Of a stretch of DNA of 32,219 nucleotides, positions 23,127-32,219 are shown piece by piece. The stretch is from positions 22,986,170-23,018,388 of the forward strand of contig NC_068985.1 of the NCBI RefSeq assembly GCF_001194135.2. The letters are read 5' to 3'. The translations under genes and the position numbers were made by a program. Every line of letters begins with the position of its first letter. Within the stretch, counting starts at the first letter, position 1. Source of the stretch: Octopus bimaculoides (taxonomy: Eukaryota). A model generated the notes under the pieces. That model worked only from the letters and a program-made list of their open reading frames with translations, searched no databases and was not told the origin of the DNA.

Positions 23127-23370
23127 CACCGCCAGTCTGTGGCAAAATACCTCGCCTTGTAAGAACCAAACGTGCTGACAGAGTAATTGACAAAACATCC
23201 TACTCTAAAATAGTTAATGGTAAAGATGCCGTATATGGCAGGTATCCATGGCAGGTGACAGTTCAACGTATTACTGGACAATATTCTGGTTCATACTTCA
23301 CTACATCACATTTTTGCGGGGGAACAATCGTGCATAGAGATTGGATCGTATCAGCTGCCCATTGTTTTGT
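23127..23370 (+). CDS. Exon: zymogen linker, activation site and N-terminal part of an S1 (trypsin-fold) protease domain including the catalytic His (phase 1-2)
   Basis: AG at 23125-23126, donor GTATGT at 23371. [27 protein letters not shown]|[53 protein letters not shown] contains IVNG, PWQV, CGGT and SAAHC. Confidence 0.95.
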
Positions 23371-23632
23371 GTATGTATTCTTACATAAGTTTCACCAGTT
23401 TGGACTTTTATGGAATTCATTATTTTACTGGCTGCAAAATTGATGCATGAACATATTATCTGCATGTCTCTCTTTCTCTTTCTCTCTCTGTCACTCTCTC
23501 TCTCCCTCTCTCTTTATCTCTCACTCTCTGTATACACACAAATACACATACACATATTTATGTATATGCATATATATATACATACATACATACATCCATA
23601 TATATATATATATATCCATATATATATATATC

Positions 23633-23718
23633 TTAGAAAAAATAATAAGGTACTCAGATATCTGGATGGTTGTACATTTACAGATCCCAATATCTGAGTA
23701 CCTTATTATATTTTCTAA
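23633..23718. repeat. 86-nt hairpin (29-bp arms, one mismatch) embedded in a (TA)n tract
   Basis: ttagaaaaaataataaggtactcagatat pairs with atatctgagtaccttattatattttctaa. Confidence 0.9.
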
Positions 23719-23747
23719 TATATAATTCCTGTACATCACCTCCAAAC

Positions 23748-23784
<37 letters not shown>

Positions 23785-23787
23785 TAT

Positions 23788-23822
<35 letters not shown>

Positions 23823-23880
23823 TACATACATGCATACATACACACACACAAGAGATATGGAATGGAGTAGGTAAGATCCA

Positions 23881-23963
23881 GGCTATATATGTTTCATAAT
23901 GGGTGGAACCTCAGAAATGGTAAAAATCCAAGTGAGGTGTATACTGCCAGTTATCTTCAGGCC
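23881..23963 (-). ncRNA. Degenerate hammerhead motif in the left inverted arm
   Basis: Reverse complement reads ggc-CTGAAGA-[~58 nt]-GAAAC-atat-ATA-gcc. The cleavage triplet is ATA rather than GTA, which breaks the helix III palindrome. Confidence 0.6.
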
Positions 23964-25011
23964 AAGGATATCTTGATTAAATTAAAGGTTACATTGTTGT
24001 AAGGATGTACATGTTGATGCATGGAAGCTTCAATCAGAATGTGTAGAGAACACAATATCAGAGGAGTATATAAATGTAGGGAGAAATCTCTTCACTTTCT
24101 GCTAATAAGGATTTATTTGATCAATATGCTGGATATTACAATCGTGCCCTGCTATGTGCTGGATATAAATACTCAATTGAATACATTTCCATGTGGGATA
24201 TTCCTCTCTCCACTAAACTCAGAACAGAAACCAGTACTGCACCCCCATTTTGTAAATGTAAACCACCCTCTATCCCACCCCTCCAATACCCATTCATATT
24301 TCAGAGTAGCAGACGACCTAACAAACAACCCCCACTATCAGATGACCCCCAAATCTTATATACACCACAACCCAGCAAAACAAACACTAGCATACACCTC
24401 CAAAACCTTATCTCCACCCAGTTAACCCCCCACCCCACCCCAATCAGATTAAGTGAAGTAGAACCCAGGATGTTATCTGGTTCCACCCCCACACTCACCC
24501 TCTTCGGCCTTAACATTCAGACTCAAATCCCCAAACTCTTCTTCACCCTACTTGAAAAAATTTCCCTAAATCTAGCCCACTTAAAAAAATATTTAACCCC
24601 CAATCTATAAAATTGTCCTACTCCACCACCACCACCAACATTGCCGAAGTTATATACATCTTAACAAAAATCCACAACCAGCTAACCTCCACCCTAATAA
24701 GTTAAATCAATACAGCCCCCAGCTTCATACATATAAACCCAAAACACCAATTGACCCCCCCTTAGCAACCCTAACTCTCGTAACTCCAACTATAATTCCT
24801 CCACTAAAACCCAATCCTTAAATTTACCACAATGCCCAACGGTACCCCCTGTAAAAAGAGAGAACAACACAGAGAATATCACCAGATACAATAGCTATCA
24901 TATTATACAACCCCACCCTCAACTCCTTAAATACTAATCTTAATGCCAGTAATAATAACAACATGTACATCCTTGCAACAATGTAAGCTTTAATCTAATC
25001 AAGATATTCTT

Positions 25012-25095
25012 GGCCTGAAGAGCAGCCAGCGGTATACACCTTACTTGGATTTTTACCACTTCTGTGGTTCCACCTGCTATGAAATATATGCAGCC
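25012..25095 (+). ncRNA. Degenerate hammerhead motif in the right arm
   Basis: ggc (25012-14), CTGAAGA (25015-21), ~59 nt, GAAAT (25081-85), atat, GCA, gcc (25093-95). The consensus with the left arm restores GAAAC-ATAT-GTA. Confidence 0.55.
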
Positions 25096-25333
25096 TGGAT
25101 CTTACCTACACCAATCCGTATCTCTTGTATTTTTATTTGCACACTCGGTAACCCTGGTTGCCCGGTGTAGAATATAAAAAGAACTTCTTTCAGCTTATCA
25201 TTCTTCAATACAAAAAAAATCCACAATCTTCCGTCTCAGTAAATCACTATTGTCCCTGAAAGCTTTTTTTTTATATTTACTAAGGATTGCTTGAAGCTAA
25301 CTTTCTTCCTATACTTTGATCCCTGGATCTTAC

Positions 25334-25367
<34 letters not shown>

Positions 25368-25406
25368 ACATTTATATATATATTTATATATATATATATA
25401 TATATT

Positions 25407-25579
25407 ATCATCATCATCATCATCATCATCGTTTAACGTCCGCTTTCCATGCTAGCATGGGTTGGACGATTTGACTGAGGACTGGTGAAACCGGATGGCA
25501 ACACCAGGCTCCAGTCTAATTTGGCAGAGTTTCTACAGCTGGATGCCCTTCCTAACGCCAACCACCCAGAGAGTGTAGT
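25407..25579 (-). mobile_element. RTE LINE 3'-end copy inserted in (TA)n, running into an assembly gap
   Basis: (CAT)n then gtttaacgtccgctttccatgctagcatggg. (TA)n lies on the left and resumes after the gap at about 26058. Confidence 0.85.
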
Positions 25580-26057
25580 NNNNNNNNNNNNNNNNNNNNN
25601 NNNNNNNNNNNNNNNNNNNNNNNNNNNNNNNNNNNNNNNNNNNNNNNNNNNNNNNNNNNNNNNNNNNNNNNNNNNNNNNNNNNNNNNNNNNNNNNNNNNN
25701 NNNNNNNNNNNNNNNNNNNNNNNNNNNNNNNNNNNNNNNNNNNNNNNNNNNNNNNNNNNNNNNNNNNNNNNNNNNNNNNNNNNNNNNNNNNNNNNNNNNN
25801 NNNNNNNNNNNNNNNNNNNNNNNNNNNNNNNNNNNNNNNNNNNNNNNNNNNNNNNNNNNNNNNNNNNNNNNNNNNNNNNNNNNNNNNNNNNNNNNNNNNN
25901 NNNNNNNNNNNNNNNNNNNNNNNNNNNNNNNNNNNNNNNNNNNNNNNNNNNNNNNNNNNNNNNNNNNNNNNNNNNNNNNNNNNNNNNNNNNNNNNNNNNN
26001 NNNNNNNNNNNNNNNNNNNNNNNNNNNNNNNNNNNNNNNNNNNNNNNNNNNNNNNNN

Positions 26058-26097
<40 letters not shown>

Positions 26098-26800
26098 TAC
26101 ATACATACTTACATACTTATTATTTACATGCACATGTATTTATAGTATATACGTCCATGTGTATATATAAATATGATGATGGTGGTGAGGATGATAGGAG
26201 AAGGAAGATGTAGGTTTGTGTATATACACACAGATGAACCAATTCACATATGTACTACTAATATATTAATTACACATATCACATAATTGTGCTAACTTAT
26301 ATTGTGTTTATTTGTAAACTTACAATAACATCTACAGAGCTAGCAGGCATGTGTTTTTGTGAGTGAGGTTGAAATTTTTAATCCATACTTGGATTTCACA
26401 CTACTTATTTTGCATGGCAGTAAAACTATGTTCATAAGAGGAAAGAAGTAAACAAAGAACTATGAGCTTACTCCGTAAATTTTGACTGTACTAAGTAATT
26501 TTTCAATAGAAACCACAAATTTTTCTATCATAATGAACATATATAATATGACCAGATACAAATTCTAATGACTCACTTTGCATATGTACAATACATAAAT
26601 CGTTTTTACCTACAGGAATATGTCTCTGAAAGAGTATAGTCTACTGTGGTGATAAAATAGCTATAACAGCTTCTACTAACTACACAGACTTTGTGAATCA
26701 TTCATTTAAAACTTGACTCCATTAACACAGCAGGTTATTCTGACACTGCACCATAAAACATAAGCTGTTTTGATATTTATCAATATTTATTTTGGAGACA

Positions 26801-27095
26801 ATCATCATCATCGTTTAACGTCCACTTTCCATGCTAGCATGGGTTGGACGATTTGACTGAGGACTGGTGAAACCAAATGGCTACACCAGGCTCCAATCGG
26901 ATTTGGCAGAGTTTCTACAGCTGGATGCCCTTCCTAACGCCAACCACTCAGAGAGTGTAGTGGATGCTTTTACGTGCCACTGGCACGAAGGCCAGTCAGA
27001 CGGTACTGGTAACGGCCACGCTCAAAATGGTGTATTTTATGCGCCACCCGCACAAGAGCCCCAGGGGAACTGGCAACGGTCTCGCTCAAAAATCC
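26801..27095 (-). mobile_element. RTE LINE 3'-end copy with about two units of the 62-bp-type repeat
   Basis: Same terminal domain, followed by ggcacgaaggccagtcag...cacccgcacaagagcccc...ggcaacggtctcgctc. Confidence 0.85.
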
Positions 27096-28161
27096 TTACA
27101 AGTAATAAGAAAAATAGAGTAAATATAAAATGATTGGTCTTAGATTCACTAGTCTTTTATGAATGAGCTGAACAACATAGAGAAACTGTATGTAATACAT
27201 AACATCACCCTAACCTTATCATAAGTCTGAACTAATTTCGATCTGTCAACATAGCATCAAATTTCTATTTTAAAACTTTAAGAGAAAAACTTCCTGATAT
27301 GTTACTTAATCTAACAGCTACTACAACTCTAATCTAAGAGTGTCTGTTATATGATCAACTGCTACAACACCAGCCACTTTCTATTCTTTTACCTTTACTA
27401 ATGAAAACAGCTTTGTCTTTGTGTGATGTGAGTTGAATGAAGCACAGATATGGATTAATATTTACCAGTCATACTGCACATTAAAAATATATTACTGATC
27501 CCTACACTTTCATCACAAGTGTGTATTGAGTACACTTATGTTTTCTACTAAGACATTATCTCTCTTCTACTCTCCATCTCTCTCTCTCTCTTTTTCTATC
27601 TATTTATCTATCTATCTATCTATCTATCTCAAGTTAATGGGGAAATCCCTGTATGTTTATTTGACCTGTTAAATGTAGCAGTGAAATTCCTTCAAAACTA
27701 TACCTTAACATCTTTAAAATAAAGGACACATAGGATAAAATAGACACTTGGATTCGTTATCTGAAAATAAAATGGGACTGTCATAACTGGAACACTCTGA
27801 TTATAAATCTGGTTGACCAAAGCTGAGCTGAGCTGAGCTGGGACAGTATAAAAACAACAGTGTGTGTGTGTGCGTGTGCATGTGAGTGTCTGTGTGTGTG
27901 TGTGTGTAAAGATCATTTACAACCTGTATTACTGTTATTTAACCATCAAGAACACATAGACAAGTATACCCGTTAAGCCTCAGTGTTACTTTGGCTTCTG
28001 TTAATACATTTAAAAAACAATCTTATGAAAGTTTTTATCTCATTATATGTCTTGACTGTCTTTCAAACATCCGACTCCCCTTCCCCAAATATCAGTAATG
28101 GCAGAAGTAAATGCAGGAGGGAATTTAGAAGAAACAATGTACTTTCTTAAGATCTTCTGGG

Positions 28162-29505
28162 CAGTGGTGGATTTACAATATTGGGGCCCTGAAACTTAAA
28201 ATATTACAACCAGCAACAGTAGGGTAACATCCAACAAGGGTCAAAGAATTTTCGTGCCCTTGCAAGGAACTCCAGCTTCAGGCCCTGATAGCCTAAATGG
28301 TGGAGTTGTGATGTGGAGTCCTTAAAAATGAGTCTGCAAGTGAGCCCTCTATGTACTAGAAACGAGGTGTGGGTAATCACTGATATCTTTGTCGATGTGG
28401 TTGTTCCATGGCAGATAACTACAGATATTTTCCAGGTTATGCCTTATACTTTTAGAGTTATGGGGGCTTGAAAATTAGGGAAGCGTTATATACATGCATG
28501 ATGCATCATTAAGATACATACAAAAATTACAAAATATTCTTTTCTGTTTTTTGTAGCAACAGTTTTGTCATATGATAGCTTCTTTGCAATGTCATTTTTT
28601 AGAGACAATACGCATAAGGAATTTAAATGCTCTTCAGTCATGGTAGACTGAAATTTATTCTTAACAAAGGAAAGCTTTGAGGAACTCCTTTCTGCTTCAC
28701 AGCTTGTGATGGGCATTGTCAAGTACAGCTTATGCACAGTGGTAATATTAGGGGACACTTCAATTAATTGTTGCTCATAAATAAGCTGAAGAACTTCTGT
28801 GCATTGCATTTTAGATGGTGTGTTTTCTTCTGTGTTCTGGGATTTCCTAACTGATAACACTCATTTAGTAATTTGTGATCAATATCGTCTTCATAATGTT
28901 ATATTATAAGTTTCATACTGTTCTTATCAAATTCTGAATTCTTCATCAATTCTGAGAGAAACTTGAACCTTTTCATAATCTGCTCGTATGGGTCCATCCT
29001 CTTGCTTAACTGGATTATCAAGCAGTCATAGGCTTGATTTAGAACTATCCCAAATTTTTCAGCTCCTTTCAAAGAAGCCCTTTCACTTGTCCCATCTGCA
29101 ACTTTCTTTGTAACAATGCATTTGGGAACATCAGAATAATTTGAGGTGATATATTCACATAAACCTTTTGCTACTGATTCATAGTGTGCAATTCTGTTGC
29201 TGAATTTTCTTGTAGTTCTTTAACAAATGAAAGCAAAGATGCTAGCAGAAGGTAACCTTCAAATACATCAGAACCAAGGGTTTGGAGTTTCTTACTTGCT
29301 TTGTTAAAATTCTCCATAACTTCTTCCCAAATGACTGTTAAAACAGCATATTCCAATTTTACCAACTTTGCATCTCATTTAAATTTAGGCTTCTCTTCTG
29401 AGTTTTCAAACATATGCTTAAGAGTTTGTAAAATATCCCTATATTCATTTTTAATTACCTGAACTGCTTCATAGTGTGTATCACACGAGATAGAATGTCC
29501 TATGG
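28162..29505 (-). mobile_element. hAT-superfamily transposon 3' fragment with one TIR
   Basis: Minus ORF LYLTMPITSCEAERSSSKLSFVKNKFQSTMTEEHLNSLCVLS is the hAT C-terminal dimerisation motif. Upstream piece WEEVMENFNKASKKLQ. TIR-like CAGTGGTGGATTTACAAT..GGGGCCC at 28162. Confidence 0.85.
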
Positions 29506-29520
29506 CACATGGGTATATAT

Positions 29521-29710
29521 ATCATCATCATCGTCGTTTAACGTCCACTTTCCATGCTAGCATGGGTTGGACGATTTGACAGAGGACTGACGAACCAGAT
29601 GGCTACACCAGACTCCAATCTGATTTGGCAGAGTTTCTATAGCTGGATGCCCTTCCTAACGCCAACCACTCAGAGAGTGTAGTGGGTGCTTTTACGTGCC
29701 ACCAGCACGA
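29521..29710 (-). mobile_element. RTE LINE 3'-end copy flanked by (TA)n on both sides
   Basis: tatatat|catcatcatcgtcgtttaacgtcc...ccagcacga|atatatat. Confidence 0.85.
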
Positions 29711-29804
29711 ATATATATATATATATATATATATAAATATAAAGGGTATTGTAGTTCATATGTTACTTTAAATTTGTCTCATTGATTCAATAATCAGGTA
29801 TTTT

Positions 29805-30170
29805 AATATCCATCCATTTCTCTATATTCATTATTCCTGGCAGTATCATGGAGTACAGTCCTCAGGCACCTCCTCCACAGAGACCTGTCAGAAGCAACCA
29901 TCATTACACTTCCTGCTGGATTCCCAAACACAACCAATTGAGACAATGGGTATTATCCAACCATCTCATTCATGGTCTACCTTTAGGTCTTCTGCTAATT
30001 GTCTCAGCTTCAAGAATCCATCTTGTGCTTCTTTCCTTTGGTATTCCAATCACATGTCCATGGTACCAGAGGTGTGACCTCTTAATGCAGAGATGTAGCA
30101 GTTTAACCTGAAAAAACTCCTTGATCTCTGACCTACTCACCTTATTGAGTAATGTTACTTAGAGATCCTT
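29805..30170 (-). mobile_element. 3' end of a second RTE-like LINE family
   Basis: Minus strand reads LWYHGHVIGIPKERSTRWILEAETISRRPKGRP*MRWLDN, resembling the LRWxGHV...RPxGRPxxRWxD C-terminus of RTE-type ORFs. Short (GGAT)n-like tail at about 29809-29818. Confidence 0.65.
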
Positions 30171-31149
30171 TGAAGGAACCCCATTTTATAATTAGGGGTC
30201 ATATCCAACCAGTATTTATTCTTGCCTTTGCTGATCAATTTATATATTGGTTATTTGGGAAATATTTATATATGCCCACTAGCAATTTGTATTTTAATGA
30301 TATATACTTTGTCTTGTTTCTTTTGTAGTTACTGATTAACATTAATGCATAGCTGAACTTTTTATAATTCTAAAGGGATTATTTTTCTCTCTTCATTGTT
30401 TATATTCATCTTTCCATTGTTTGATTCAAAATCTTCATTTTCAAAATTGCCATCGAAAAAGAGTCCAGTTTATTTTGATATGATAAGTATCAGTGCTACC
30501 TTTCTTTAAACATTAATTATTCACTGACAAGTTTTATTAGTCTTCAAATATGTATGCTAAGCATTCTTCTTAAATATAAACTCTATTGTTTTCCTCCAGC
30601 CAATCACCTTATTTTGTTTGACTTGGAATATCTGGCTTCAAAATAAGTAGCTTCTAGTAAAACGTATATATGTCTAATCCATACAAGTAAGGATATATGA
30701 ATACAAAACTATGATTAGGCTTTTATTTTGCTATACTAAAAGAGATTCTACTCAATATTTTCACAAGGTAAATTCGTTGTTACATAGAATTATATATTTT
30801 CACCATACTTTTTGAGATAAATCATTTGATCTAAGAATATATAGAAAGATTATATATTTCCTCAACTACTTTTTTGAGGTTTGTTATCTAATTTCTTTTA
30901 TAATGTTGGGGAAGTATTTAGGCAACAAATACTTGAAGCAAATTTCATTGTTCATCATCTACAATTTTGCAATTAATTTTGGCATGGATGTTACTGTTTC
31001 ACTTTTTGCATGATTGCAATACAGATTATTTTCATGTGTGTGCAATGTGCCACAGTATGTAAATGTGTGCATGTGTGTGTATATCAACACAATTGATATA
31101 GGAGGTTATTCGATAAACATAACTTAAGGATTTTGTTTAGTTGTACACC

Positions 31150-31585
31150 TAATGCAAAAAATACATTAGTTAGAATCCTACCCCATGCAGAAGTAGGATG
31201 CTCATATAGGATTGCAGGGAATGCCCTATGAATGATCAATGCAACACTGAGGCTGTGGTCTATGAAACAGAGGTGATATCCAACAGTAGCAGTAGCAACA
31301 AAAGAACACACAGAGAAATATGTTAGCACAATGGAGGGTCCTTTGAAGGTCAGGCTAAATAACAACAGGTCCTCTTTTAGGATCCCAGAGAAGTGCAACA
31401 TTACAACATTAGCTATATATGGCAATTAAAAGAGGAGGAATGCTATATAAAATTAGCTGGAAGCTGCTGGATAAATCTAGGCCAAACTTCAATGGAAATT
31501 CAATGAAAACTTTGCTGGGTATCTTCTTGAATTCAAAATGTTGAAGTTTTAGCTGCTGCTCTCATGACAGAAAATTCGTTGTAGT
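31150..31585 (+). mobile_element. Penelope-like remnant 3: frameshifted GIY-YIG endonuclease C-terminus
   Basis: DCRECPMNDQCNTEAVVYETEV / EKYVSTMEGPLKVRLNNNRSSFR...ITTLA / IWQLKEE / WKLLDKSRP / SCCSHDRKF follows the PLE endonuclease motif order. Confidence 0.8.
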
Positions 31586-31780
31586 CTTCCTTATTTGCAG
31601 ACTAAAGAATGTGAAATATGTATGAAAGCACAATTGACCAACTTTGGCTACAGCTGGAATCAAACAAGGGGAGGCAACTCTACTTTTCCTCTCAGAAAGG
31701 GATTTTTTTACACCACCAAACTGACCAAGACTGTGCATTTACCTCCATCAGTAAAGCGGCTATGTGCTTCAGGCCAGTAT

Positions 31781-31837
31781 GTCTGATGAGTCATCTATAT
31801 TGCCCGGTGCAACTGTAGACAGGAAACCAATGGTAAC
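31781..31837 (+). ncRNA. Decayed hammerhead motif downstream of PLE remnant 3
   Basis: gt-CTGATGA (31783-89), extended stem II tctata-ttgc/gcaa-c-tgtaga, GAAAC (31823-27), caatg, GTA (31833-35), ac. Helix III ACCAATGGT is a near-palindrome. The base of stem II is mispaired. Confidence 0.5.
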
Positions 31838-32219
31838 TTTCTGATCGGTTATATGTCATGACCAAGAATATATATATATATATATAACGTGAGAGAGTTA
31901 GGGGTTGGGGGTACAACCCACTAAGGGATAGTATCTATCCAGTATACTGCTGGGAGGGTACCCAATTATTGCTACGCTAGTGCTATACTAGGTGCAATCA
32001 ATGGGAGCGGGTAAAAGTGGAGGTTTTACCCAAAATTTGTGTAACAATTAGAAAATGGAGGATAATATGCTGAACCCAACTACTTGCAGACGGTGTATCC
32101 CGTTGAATTCATTAATTTAATTCATAGCAAAAGTGACAAAGGGAGGAAGAAAAGAAAAAGAAAGAAAGAAAGAAGCAAAGCACAGGTGTCCATGGCAGAC
32201 TATGTTATTTTGCCAACAT

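Larger units (their letters stand above)
23848..25128 (+). mobile_element. 5'-truncated Penelope-like element remnant 2 flanked by ~170-bp inverted pseudo-LTRs
   Basis: Arms 23848-24016 and 24959-25128 are reverse complements (about 80% identical by eye). The interior encodes LSANKDLFDQYAGYYNRALLCAGYKY, RTQDVIWFHP and FGLNIQTQIPKLFFTLLEK/NFPKSSPLKKIFNPQSIKLSYS (PLE thumb/linker motifs). Confidence 0.85.

Noticed and set aside
2072-26213. Long ORFs rich in X, or in YLSI, HTHT, CVCV and YIYI repeats
   Set aside because: Artefacts of N gaps and microsatellites.
30200-30800. AT-rich stretch vaguely resembling a decayed L1/Tx1 3' region on the minus strand
   Set aside because: No diagnostic motif could be read with confidence.
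32000-32022. Short perfect hairpin gggtaaaa-gtggagg-ttttaccc
   Set aside because: An 8-bp stem is expected by chance in 32 kb, and there is no supporting context.

Overview
Eukaryotic, AT-rich, microsatellite-dense genomic DNA with assembly gaps. The repeat landscape resembles a coleoid cephalopod such as Octopus (inference only). The window lies inside one large + strand gene. Eight GT-AG exons (183-327, 1823-1933, 3009-3159, 5796-5974, 10151-10258, 14627-14768, 15491-15720, 23127-23370) splice in frame, 1310 nt in total. They encode a mosaic serine protease: partial PAN/apple, LDLa, SRCR, LDLa, SRCR, Thr-rich linker, furin-like RTKR site, K|IVNG activation site and the N-terminal trypsin domain up to the catalytic His. 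This is a Tequila/neurotrypsin-like domain inventory. The gene start and the Asp/Ser catalytic exons lie outside the window. The introns hold a full-length decayed Gypsy-type LTR element (5-bp TSD GCAGT), an RTE LINE with five short 3'-end copies and a 62-bp minisatellite, Tc1/mariner and hAT fragments, SINEs, MITE-like and Helentron-like elements, and three Penelope-like (PLE) remnants. The most striking feature is a set of hammerhead ribozyme (HHR) motifs. One canonical minimal type I HHR sits in a ~375-bp palindrome (11824-12198). A pair of complementarily mutated HHRs lies in inverted repeats flanking a PLE (23848-25128). A decayed HHR lies downstream of a third PLE (about 31781-31837).
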